Program-made: the position numbers and the translations under genes
Shown: positions 52,815 through 61,528 of the stretch, piece after piece
Layout of the letters: every line of letters starts with the position of its first letter
Numbering within the stretch: the stretch's first letter is position 1
Notes under the pieces: generated by a model
Told to the model about the DNA's origin: nothing
Database searches by the model: none
Seen by the model: only the letters and a program-made list of their open reading frames with translations
Source: a bacterium
GTDB lineage: Bacteria > Patescibacteriota > Patescibacteriia > Patescibacteriales > UBA12465
NCBI GenBank assembly: GCA_035402825.1
Contig: DAONDZ010000001.1
Location: forward strand, 172,839 to 236,838
DNA: 64,000 nt
Reading direction: 5' to 3'

Positions 52815-54293
52815 ATGAGCATGAAGCCCTGGAGAATTGAAGAGCAATATGATGATCTACCGGTGGTGGCTTTAGTGGGCCGGACCAATGTGGGGAAATC
52901 AACTTTATTCAATCGTTTGACGGAAAATAATCAAGCGCTAGTTTCGGATATTGAGAACACCACCCGCGACAGCAATTTAGGAGTGGTGAAGTGGCGACGC
53001 GCTAAATTTCTGTTAGTGGATACCGCCGGCGTCATTGATAGCCGGTTTTTGTCTGATAAGAAATTCAGCACTCCGCAAACCGGAGCGATAGAAGCTAAGA
53101 CCCAGAAGCAAGTCGTGGACTTTTTTAAAAAAGCCGCGGTAATTATCTTTTTAGCTGATGGCAAGACCGGTTTAATGGCTCAAGACAAGGAAATAGTGAA
53201 GTTTTTGCAGCGTCGACCGTTGTATCAGAAGAAAACCATTTTGGTGGTTAACAAGGTAGACGGCCAGCGCCAGGCTTGGAGTTCCTCGGAATTTAATCGC
53301 TTGGGCTTAGGCGAACCGCATTTGGTTTCTGCTTTGACCGGTCGTGGCACCGGAGATTTTTTGGATGTGGTTTCGGAGCGATTGAAAAATAATGATCAAG
53401 AAAAATTAGATATTACCGAAGCAGTGACTGACCATCCGATTAATGTCTGCATTATCGGCCAGCCTAATGTCGGCAAATCTTCTTTGTTAAATTCCATTTT
53501 GGGATATGAAAGAGTGATTGTCAGCCCAGTGCCGCACACTACTCGCGAACCGCAACACACCGAAATAGTCTATCAAGGCCAAAGGATTAGATTTGTGGAT
53601 ACCGCTGGTATTAGCAAACACGGTCATAAAGGGGAAGGATTGACTAAGGAAGGCATTTCTAAGTCTTTGAAGGTTTTGAAAAAAGCGGATATTGCGCTTT
53701 TAGTTTTAGATATTAGCGCTGGCATCACTCATCAAGACGCGAAAATCGTGGAAGAGATTATGGACTCTCGCAAGAGCTTCATGATTCTAGCTAATAAATG
53801 GGATTTGGTTAATCCGCGCGATACTAAGCAATGGACTAATTATGTTTTCCGTTATCTGCCTTTTGCCACTTGGGCGCCTTTGCAGTTTATTTCCGCTAAG
53901 ACCGGAGCGAAGGTAGAAAAAATCATGGAGCTGATTAAGGAAATGGATCAGGCCCGGCACAGAGAGGTTAGCGATTCGCAATTAGATAAGTTTTTAAATA
54001 GAATTGTCAAAATTCATTTGCCTACCAAGGGCAAGGGACAGAAAAAACCGCGCATCTATGAAATCCGCCAGAGCGGAGTGCGGCCGCCGCGCTTTGAGGT
54101 GCGTATCGGCTCTCGGGAGGATTTAGATTATTCCTATCTTCGTTTTATTGAGAACCAACTTCGCCAGCAGTTTGCATTGACCGGCATTCCAATTCGGGTG
54201 AGGGTGATTAAAAAAAGTTTGACTCCGAAAGAATTATCCGAGCAAAGAGAAGAAAAAGAAGCGGTAGCTAAGAAGAAAAAATTGGCTGCTTAA
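52815..54293 (+). CDS. der: Ribosome biogenesis GTPase Der (EngA)
   Basis: Two G domains (GRTNVGKSTLFN; GQPNVGKSSLLN) plus a KH-like C-terminus. Confidence 0.9.
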   Translation: MSMKPWRIEEQYDDLPVVALVGRTNVGKSTLFNRLTENNQALVSDIENTTRDSNLGVVKWRRAKFLLVDTAGVIDSRFLSDKKFSTPQTGAIEAKTQKQVVDFFKKAAVIIFLADGKTGLMAQDKEIVKFLQRRPLYQKKTILVVNKVDGQRQAWSSSEFNRLGLGEPHLVSALTGRGTGDFLDVVSERLKNNDQEKLDITEAVTDHPINVCIIGQPNVGKSSLLNSILGYERVIVSPVPHTTREPQHTEIVYQGQRIRFVDTAGISKHGHKGEGLTKEGISKSLKVLKKADIALLVLDISAGITHQDAKIVEEIMDSRKSFMILANKWDLVNPRDTKQWTNYVFRYLPFATWAPLQFISAKTGAKVEKIMELIKEMDQARHREVSDSQLDKFLNRIVKIHLPTKGKGQKKPRIYEIRQSGVRPPRFEVRIGSREDLDYSYLRFIENQLRQQFALTGIPIRVRVIKKSLTPKELSEQREEKEAVAKKKKLAA

Positions 54294-54309
54294 TTAGAGA
54301 AATATTAAT

Positions 54310-54852
54310 ATGAAAATAATTGTCGGCCTAGGCAATCCAGAGCAAAAATATAACGGCACCAGACATAACGCCGGCTTTATGATTTTGGATAAATTGTCTA
54401 GACCGGAAGAATGGAAAGAGAACAAAAAGTTTAAGGCTTTAGTTTTAGAGCGAAATGGCGACCTCTGGCTAAAACCCCTCACCTACATGAATCTTTCCGG
54501 AACCAGCGTTCGGGCCGCTTTAGACTATTATCACCTCATCCCGAGGAAATTAGGGCTATTTAAAGCTAAGGATAGCGACTTGAGTGACGTTTTAACCGTT
54601 ATCCACGATGATTTGGATGTTGATCTAGGAAAATACAAGACTACGACTGATTCCAGAAGCGCCGGCCATCGCGGCATTGATTCAATTATTAACCAACTTA
54701 AGACCCAGAAATTTAAACGAATTAGAGTCGGAGTCCGCAGCGAATCGCGTGGTGCTATTCCGGCGGAGAAATTTGTTTTGCAGAAATTCGGAGCTAATGA
54801 ATGGGAGAAAATAGAAAAATTGATTCCGGAAATATCACAAGAAATTAAATAG
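54310..54852 (+). CDS. pth: Peptidyl-tRNA hydrolase
   Basis: IVGLGNPEQKYNGTRHNAGF signature. Confidence 0.9.
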   Translation: MKIIVGLGNPEQKYNGTRHNAGFMILDKLSRPEEWKENKKFKALVLERNGDLWLKPLTYMNLSGTSVRAALDYYHLIPRKLGLFKAKDSDLSDVLTVIHDDLDVDLGKYKTTTDSRSAGHRGIDSIINQLKTQKFKRIRVGVRSESRGAIPAEKFVLQKFGANEWEKIEKLIPEISQEIK

Positions 54853-54963
54853 AACGAAAGAGACAAGATGCCCTAATGATATTGGGCATTTTTGTTTTTA
54901 ACTTGACAGAGTGGGAATAATTAGTACACTAGGTACTGTAACTATTCATCTTTCTTCCTAAAT

Positions 54964-57171
54964 ATGAACCTAATCATAGTAGAGTCCCCCACTAAAGCTA
55001 AGACCATCAGCAAATTTCTGGACCGCGAATACGTGGTGGAGTCTTCTTTTGGGCATGTGCGCGATTTGCCGAAATCCAAAATGGGCGTAGATATTGAACA
55101 TGAGTTTCAGCCGGAATATATTGTGCCGCTTAAATCTAAAAAAACTATCACTAAACTTAAAGGCTTAGCCAAGAAAGCCGATGAGGTTATTCTGGCTTCC
55201 GATGAAGACCGTGAAGGGGAAGCGATTGCTTGGCACTTAAGTGAGAGCTTAGGGCTAGACGCCAAGAAAGCTAAGCGGATTGTTTTTCATGAAATTACCA
55301 AGCCGGCTATTTTGGAAGCTCTCAGTCATCCGCGCCATATTGATTCTAAATTGGTTGACGCTCAGCAAGCGAGAAGAATATTGGATCGCTTAGTGGGCTA
55401 TGAGCTCTCTCCCTTTCTATGGAAAAAAGTGGCTAAAGGATTGTCGGCCGGTCGGGTGCAAAGCGTGGCGGTCCGATTGATAGTGGAGAGAGAAAGAGAA
55501 ATTCAAGCTTTCAAACAAGAAGAATATTGGAGTATCAAAGGAGATTTCTCCACGGCCTCAGAAAAAGAAAAATTTGAAGCTCAACTACAAAAAGTGTCGG
55601 ACAAAAGTTTAGACAAGTTAGCTATCAAGAGTCAGGCAGAAGCCGATGACTTAATTGTCGCTATCAAAAAAGAACAATATAGTATTTTAAATATTGAGAA
55701 CAAGCGTTCCAAGAAAAATCCGCCCACTCCTTTCACCACTTCTACTTTGCAACAGACCGCCAATAATCTTTTGGGTTTCAGCGCTAAGCAAACCATGACT
55801 TTGGCTCAGAAATTATATGAATTGGGGCATATCACTTACATGCGTACCGATTCTTTGAACTTATCAGACAAATTTTTAACCGAGTCTAAAGAATATCTAT
55901 TATCCGAACTAGGAGAGAAATATGTTTTAGATTCTCCGCGCCGTTTCAAGACTAAAAGCAAGGGGGCACAAGAAGCTCATGAAGCTATTCGTCCCACAGC
56001 GGCTCACAACAGTCCGGAAAGCTTGAAGGACAAGTTAGAGCCCGGTCAGTATCGTTTATATCGTCTAATCTGGCAGAGATCTATGGCTACTCAGATGCCG
56101 GAGGCTATTTTAGATGTCACAGTGGTGGATATTGCTGCCGGTGATAAATATACTTTCCGTTCCAATGGTCAAATATTGCAATTCGATGGCTATTTAAAGA
56201 TCTATCCGGAAAAAACTAAGGAGCAAACTTTGCCGCTTTTAGAAAAGGGTCAGGATTTGAATCTCTTGGCTATTTCTGGCGAACAGCATTTTACTAATCC
56301 GCCGGCTCGCTATTCTGATGCCAGCTTGGTGAAAGAGTTGGAAAAGCACGGCATCGGTCGGCCTTCCACCTATGCTCCGACCATTTCCACTATTATTGAT
56401 CGCAATTATGTCTTTAGAGATGAAAAAAAGAAATTAGGTCCGACTGATATCGCTTTCGTGGTAATTGATTTATTGGTAGCGCACTTTAAAGAAATTGTGG
56501 ACTATCAATTCACGGCTGATATGGAAGGCAACTTAGATGAGATTGCCGAGGGCAAAAGAGAATGGGTGCCGGTGATTGATGATTTCTATAACCACTTCCA
56601 CAAGAATTTAGAAAATAAATATAAGGAAATTATGAAAACCGATATTGTGCCGGAAGAAAAATCAACTGAGGTTTGTGAGAAATGCAACTCGCCGATGATT
56701 ATCAAAACTGGCCGCTATGGCAAATTCTTGGCCTGCAGCAATTTTCCCGAATGTCGCAATATCCGTTCCATGAAAGGGAAACTAGAATCGCCTAAAGACG
56801 AAACTCATTTGAAAGAGTTAGCGGAGAAATATAAAGATCAGGTTTGCGAGAAATGCGGTGAGCCGATGGCGGTAAAAAATGGCAAGTTCGGCCCCTTCTT
56901 GGGATGTTCCGGATATCCGAAGTGCAAGAATATCAAGAATATCGGCGATAGTGATCAGCCGGAAATTATCTGTCCGAAATGTAAAGAGGGCAAGATTGTA
57001 AAGAAGTTTTCCCGCCGCGGCGCTTTCTACGCTTGTTCCAGCTATCCGGCCTGCAAGAATGCTTATTGGGGCCGGCCGACCGGTGAGAAATGCCCGGACT
57101 GCGGCGCTCTCTTAATTGATGACAAGGGCGGTATTAAATGCAGCGACAAGGGCTGCGGCTATGAAGCTTAA
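54964..57171 (+). CDS. topA: DNA topoisomerase I
   Basis: TOPRIM LIIVESPTKAKTISKFL, active-site region ITYMRTDS, and four C-terminal C4 zinc ribbons. Confidence 0.9.
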   Translation: MNLIIVESPTKAKTISKFLDREYVVESSFGHVRDLPKSKMGVDIEHEFQPEYIVPLKSKKTITKLKGLAKKADEVILASDEDREGEAIAWHLSESLGLDAKKAKRIVFHEITKPAILEALSHPRHIDSKLVDAQQARRILDRLVGYELSPFLWKKVAKGLSAGRVQSVAVRLIVEREREIQAFKQEEYWSIKGDFSTASEKEKFEAQLQKVSDKSLDKLAIKSQAEADDLIVAIKKEQYSILNIENKRSKKNPPTPFTTSTLQQTANNLLGFSAKQTMTLAQKLYELGHITYMRTDSLNLSDKFLTESKEYLLSELGEKYVLDSPRRFKTKSKGAQEAHEAIRPTAAHNSPESLKDKLEPGQYRLYRLIWQRSMATQMPEAILDVTVVDIAAGDKYTFRSNGQILQFDGYLKIYPEKTKEQTLPLLEKGQDLNLLAISGEQHFTNPPARYSDASLVKELEKHGIGRPSTYAPTISTIIDRNYVFRDEKKKLGPTDIAFVVIDLLVAHFKEIVDYQFTADMEGNLDEIAEGKREWVPVIDDFYNHFHKNLENKYKEIMKTDIVPEEKSTEVCEKCNSPMIIKTGRYGKFLACSNFPECRNIRSMKGKLESPKDETHLKELAEKYKDQVCEKCGEPMAVKNGKFGPFLGCSGYPKCKNIKNIGDSDQPEIICPKCKEGKIVKKFSRRGAFYACSSYPACKNAYWGRPTGEKCPDCGALLIDDKGGIKCSDKGCGYEA

Positions 57172-57195
57172 TTAATATTTAGATTACCAATAAAT

Positions 57196-57232
57196 AAAAC
57201 CCCCGTTTTTACAGCGGGGGTTTTATTTATTT
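57196..57232. terminator. Bidirectional terminator between topA and the 57250 gene
   Basis: aaaacccccg / tttttacag / cgggggtttt with flanking A and T runs. Confidence 0.6.
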
Positions 57233-57249
57233 ATTGCTAGAGAGGCTTA

Positions 57250-57660
57250 TTATTTTTTTCTGGTGCGGCTGGTTTTGGGAGCGGCCGGTTCGGAATATTC
57301 TTCGCGCTCATATTTCTTCTCTTGTTTGGTTTGCATGAAGTCAAAGATACGTCGCAGCACTTCGCCGATGATCATGAGATATGACCCGGTATTGTTGAGG
57401 CGATCTTTCAAGGTATGGAAAAGATTGTTCACCTTCTCATTTAATCCTTCCACCATTTGGGCGCCGGCCTCAATTTTCTCTTGAATATACTTGGTCAATT
57501 CGCTGACTTTCTGAATAGTGGCTTCAACTTGCTTGATTACCCGATAGACGCTGCGCAAGGTAGCGATGAGGTAATATAGGGACCAGCAGACGAAAACGGT
57601 AAATCCCGTGATACATAAAGCGAGAACTAAATTTAAAATATCGCGGCTAGAGTCAAACAT
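57250..57660 (-). CDS. Hypothetical membrane-anchored coiled-coil protein
   Basis: One N-terminal TM helix, then a helical region and a basic tail. Confidence 0.45.
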   Translation of the reverse strand: MFDSSRDILNLVLALCITGFTVFVCWSLYYLIATLRSVYRVIKQVEATIQKVSELTKYIQEKIEAGAQMVEGLNEKVNNLFHTLKDRLNNTGSYLMIIGEVLRRIFDFMQTKQEKKYEREEYSEPAAPKTSRTRKK

Positions 57661-57677
57661 AATTATATAATTAATTA

Positions 57678-60101
57678 TTAAAAGTCTCTTAAGACGGCTT
57701 CAAATTTGTCTTGGAGTCGTTTGATCAACTCAGCTTGCAAGGTGTCTATCTCTTCCGAGGTTAGAGTTCGGGTCTGGTCTTGATAGTTGACGTGGAAAGC
57801 CAGGCTTTTTTGGCCGGCCGCTAAATTGGTGCCTTCATAGACATCAAACAGTTCCACGTTGGCTATTAAGGAGTTGAAGTTCTTAATCTCCTGATATAAA
57901 TCATTATACAATATTTTTTGGCTAACGACAAAAGCTAGGTCGCGGACCACGGGCGGATATTTGGAGTTTTCTCGGTAGGTTTTGGCGGCGGTGCTTTCCT
58001 TGAGCTTTAAAATTTGGTTCAAACTTAATTCGGCGCAGACTACCATTTTTTTGAGGCCGTTATTTTTTTGTACCAAATCGGCGATTTTAGCAATCAGGCC
58101 CAATTCTTTGTGATCAACTTTGATTATCGCCCGCATTTTGCTGTCGGCATAGCCGGGAGTGAGATCGGTGGGAACAAAGATTACTTCCCATTGATCTTGG
58201 CTGATATGGCCGATTAATCTGGTGATGATGCTCTTTAATTTAGCGAATAGTTCGCCGGCGTTGTTTCCGGCCAGCATAATGCCTAATTTCTTTTCTTGAT
58301 AGGGAAGACGTTCTTCCTTGTTTTTAGTTTCGTAGAAATCACCGGGCAAGTCCTGGAAGATAGAGCCGATTTCAAAGATGCCAATCTCATCATATTTATA
58401 TTGATTGGTTTTGATATTGCCCAAGAGATTAACCACTAGGTTCTGACGCAACAAAGTGTGCTGCTGGGAAATGGGGTTGGCTAGGCGCAAATATCCCTGA
58501 GTGTTCAAGTTAGCTTTTTCTAAGTCAGTTTCATTAACGAAGGAGTAGTTATAGACCTCAAAAAGCTTGGCATCTAGGCTGAGGGCATCTTTGATTTGCC
58601 ATTCCAGCGCTCGAGCCAAATTATCTTCCGGCAAAGCCATTTTGCTTTCCGGCAATTCGCCCGGGAAATTATTATATCCATAGATGCGCATGATTTCTTC
58701 GGCGATATCTTCTTTAATTGCCACGTCCTTAGCGGCTCGCCAGCTGGGGACGATGACGGTCAAAGCCTCCTTGCTTTCTTCGCTAATTTCAAAACCGAGA
58801 TGGTTCAATATTTTTTTAATTTCTTTCTTCTCCATTTCCACGCCCATCAAGTTTCTGAGCCAAGCCCAAGGCATCACAATGGTTTTTGTTTCTGGCAACG
58901 GAGTGCTTTGGATATTTAATTCGCTGCTGATTTTGGCGCTCGGAACTAATTCTTTGATTAAGCTGACTACGGCCTTCAAGGCTAGGTCGGTTAGTTGCGG
59001 GTCTAAAGATTTTTCAAAGCGCATAGAAGCTTCGGTACGCAGAGCCAAGTTCTGAGAACTCTTTCTGATACTGGAAGCTTGGAAGTTGGCGGATTCAATG
59101 ATAATGGCAGTGGTCTCCGGGTTGATGGCGCTATTTTGGCCGCCGATAATACCAGCTATGGCGATGGGATCTTTGCCGTCGGTAATGAGCAAGGTGTCGG
59201 AGTTGAGTTTTCTTTCTTGGCCGTCTAGACACAGCAGCTCCTCATTCTTTTTGGCGCAACGCACTACAATTTTTTTGATATTTTTGGCATCAAAAGTATG
59301 GAGCGGCTGGCCTAATTCCAACATGATGTAGTTGGCGGCATCTACGATATTATTAATCGGCTTTTGGCCGACCGCCATTAATCTGTCTTTCAGCCATTTA
59401 GGTGATTCGGCCACTTCAATGCCTTCCAGTTTAATAGCTAAATAGCGCGGACAGAGTTTGGCGTCTTCTACTTTTATATTCAGAGTCTCCGCCGGATTAT
59501 TTTCAGGAGTTAATTCACTGGTGCGACTATAGGGTTTGAGTTTGATGTCTAAGAGAGCAGAAAGTTCGCGGGCCAGGCCATAATGTCCCCAAAGATCGGA
59601 GCGATGGGATAGTGACTTATTGTCCACCTCTAAGATTACATCATCAGATTTCAGATAGTCGGCAAAGTTCTGGCCGATTTTGGCTTTTTCTAAAACCATA
59701 ATTCCGCTATGGTCTTGGCCTAGGCCCAATTCATCGGCCGCACAAATCATACCGGATGATTTTTCTCCTCTGACTTCAGCTTCTTTGATCTCTAGCCCGT
59801 TAGGCAAGATAGCGCCGACTAAAGCCACCGGTACTAATTGGCCCACAGCGACATTGGGAGCGCCACAAACTATGCGCAGAGTTTCGGCACCGACGTTGAC
59901 AGTGGTAATTTGCAAGCGGTCGGCGTTGGGATGTTTTTCCACGCTCAGCACCTGACCCACGACTACGTTTTTAAAACGGTCGCCGGGTCTTTCTATTTTT
60001 TCCACCTCCACGGTATGCAGAGTGAGTTCGGAGGCAATGGTTTCGGGAGTGATTCCTTTGAGGCTCAAGAATTCTTGCAGCCAATTGATTGAAAGCAGCA
60101 T
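57678..60101 (-). CDS. pheT: Phenylalanine-tRNA ligase beta subunit
   Basis: N-terminal tRNA-binding OB fold (HPNADRLQITTVNVG), B3/4, B5 and FDX-ACB regions. 807 aa, directly downstream of pheS. Confidence 0.9.
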   Translation of the reverse strand: MLLSINWLQEFLSLKGITPETIASELTLHTVEVEKIERPGDRFKNVVVGQVLSVEKHPNADRLQITTVNVGAETLRIVCGAPNVAVGQLVPVALVGAILPNGLEIKEAEVRGEKSSGMICAADELGLGQDHSGIMVLEKAKIGQNFADYLKSDDVILEVDNKSLSHRSDLWGHYGLARELSALLDIKLKPYSRTSELTPENNPAETLNIKVEDAKLCPRYLAIKLEGIEVAESPKWLKDRLMAVGQKPINNIVDAANYIMLELGQPLHTFDAKNIKKIVVRCAKKNEELLCLDGQERKLNSDTLLITDGKDPIAIAGIIGGQNSAINPETTAIIIESANFQASSIRKSSQNLALRTEASMRFEKSLDPQLTDLALKAVVSLIKELVPSAKISSELNIQSTPLPETKTIVMPWAWLRNLMGVEMEKKEIKKILNHLGFEISEESKEALTVIVPSWRAAKDVAIKEDIAEEIMRIYGYNNFPGELPESKMALPEDNLARALEWQIKDALSLDAKLFEVYNYSFVNETDLEKANLNTQGYLRLANPISQQHTLLRQNLVVNLLGNIKTNQYKYDEIGIFEIGSIFQDLPGDFYETKNKEERLPYQEKKLGIMLAGNNAGELFAKLKSIITRLIGHISQDQWEVIFVPTDLTPGYADSKMRAIIKVDHKELGLIAKIADLVQKNNGLKKMVVCAELSLNQILKLKESTAAKTYRENSKYPPVVRDLAFVVSQKILYNDLYQEIKNFNSLIANVELFDVYEGTNLAAGQKSLAFHVNYQDQTRTLTSEEIDTLQAELIKRLQDKFEAVLRDF

Positions 60102-60109
60102 ATAGTTAT

Positions 60110-61138
60110 TTAAAATTGTTCTAAAAAGCGTAAGTCACCGCTATTGAAAAGTCTAATATCATCAATGCCATATTGGAGCATGGTCAAACGGTTCAATCCG
60201 AAACCGAAAGCGAAGCCGGTATATTCATCCGGGTTAATGCCGCCGGCTCTCAATACTTCGGGATGGATCATGCCGCAACCGACAATTTCCAGCCAGCCGG
60301 TATGTTTGCAGAGCTTGCAGCCTTTGCCCTGGCAGAGAAAACAGGTGTATTCACCGTTAGCTCCTGGCTCCACGAAAGGATAAAATTTGGGGCGCAGACG
60401 GAGCTTGGTTTGAGGGCCATATAATTTTTGTCCGACTAATTCCAGCAGGCCTTTCAGGTGGTTGAAGTTAATATTCTTGTCGACAATAATGCCTTCCATT
60501 TGCAAAAAGGTATGTTCGTGGCGGACATCGGTAGCTTCGCTTCTAAATACTCGGCCGGGAATGATTCCTTTCAGCGGCGCACCGTATTTTTCTAGTGATC
60601 TAACTTGAACCGAAGAGGTGTGAGTGCGCAAAACTAAGTTCATTTTTCCAGGCTGATCTTTTTCGCCGACATAGAAAGTGTCTTGCATATCGCGAGCCGG
60701 GTGATCGGCTGGAATGTTAATAGCCTCAAAGTTGTAGTATTCGCTTTCCAGTTCCGGGCCGTCCAAAATAGAGAAGCCTAAGGAAGTAAAAATATCTTCT
60801 AATTGTTTTTGAGTTTGAGACAAGGGATGGAGATGGCCGCGATTTTGGTCGCTGCCCGGCAAGGTGGGGTCAATAGTTTCCGATTTATTCTTGCTGCCCT
60901 CCAGAGCGTTTCTCACTTCATTGTACCTTTCAGTCACTTCCTGTTTCATTTGGTTGGCTAGCTGTCCGGCTTCTTTGCGGGCATCTTCACTTAAATCTTT
61001 GATATTTTTGAGGACTTGGCTCAGCTCACCTTGGCGAGAAAAATATTTTTGTTCCACATTTTTCAGCCAAGCGCTGTCTTTAGCTTGGTTGAGCTGGTCT
61101 AAAATTTCTTTTTTGAGATTTTCTAATTTTTTTTGCAT
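60110..61138 (-). CDS. pheS: Phenylalanine-tRNA ligase alpha subunit
   Basis: Class II motifs (HPARDMQDTFY; LRTHTSSVQ; GFAFGFGLNRLTML). Confidence 0.9.
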   Translation of the reverse strand: MQKKLENLKKEILDQLNQAKDSAWLKNVEQKYFSRQGELSQVLKNIKDLSEDARKEAGQLANQMKQEVTERYNEVRNALEGSKNKSETIDPTLPGSDQNRGHLHPLSQTQKQLEDIFTSLGFSILDGPELESEYYNFEAINIPADHPARDMQDTFYVGEKDQPGKMNLVLRTHTSSVQVRSLEKYGAPLKGIIPGRVFRSEATDVRHEHTFLQMEGIIVDKNINFNHLKGLLELVGQKLYGPQTKLRLRPKFYPFVEPGANGEYTCFLCQGKGCKLCKHTGWLEIVGCGMIHPEVLRAGGINPDEYTGFAFGFGLNRLTMLQYGIDDIRLFNSGDLRFLEQF

Positions 61139-61142
61139 ATGA

Positions 61143-61523
61143 TTATTCAGTTTTTTTAGAGCCCAAAAGGAAGAACTCTAAGACTGAAATGATAATGATT
61201 AAAAGGATGAGATTAAGCCAGCTAAATAAGTTCTGGGAAAGCAGCCAGAGAACGGCTACTATCAAAAAAGCGAAAAGGAAGGATTGGCGGAAAGCAGTTT
61301 TGACGGAATGGAGAATTAGAGCTTGGCCTTTCACTTTAAAACGGATGAGAAAGCCCAAGATGGCGATAATACCGGCTAAAGCCAAGAAGAGAGAAAGATA
61401 GAAAAGCAAGAATCCCAGCCAGTTGGTATTTTCCGGGTTGATGAGAAACATCACGGCGATAAAAAGTCCCCAGAGAACCGCGGTCAAACCGCCCATGACG
61501 GAAAGATAGTTTTTGAGAGTCAT
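61143..61523 (-). CDS. Hypothetical integral membrane protein (4 TM)
   Basis: Hydrophobic ORF, tightly packed between valS and pheS. Confidence 0.5.
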   Translation of the reverse strand: MTLKNYLSVMGGLTAVLWGLFIAVMFLINPENTNWLGFLLFYLSLFLALAGIIAILGFLIRFKVKGQALILHSVKTAFRQSFLFAFLIVAVLWLLSQNLFSWLNLILLIIIISVLEFFLLGSKKTE

Positions 61524-61528
61524 ATGAA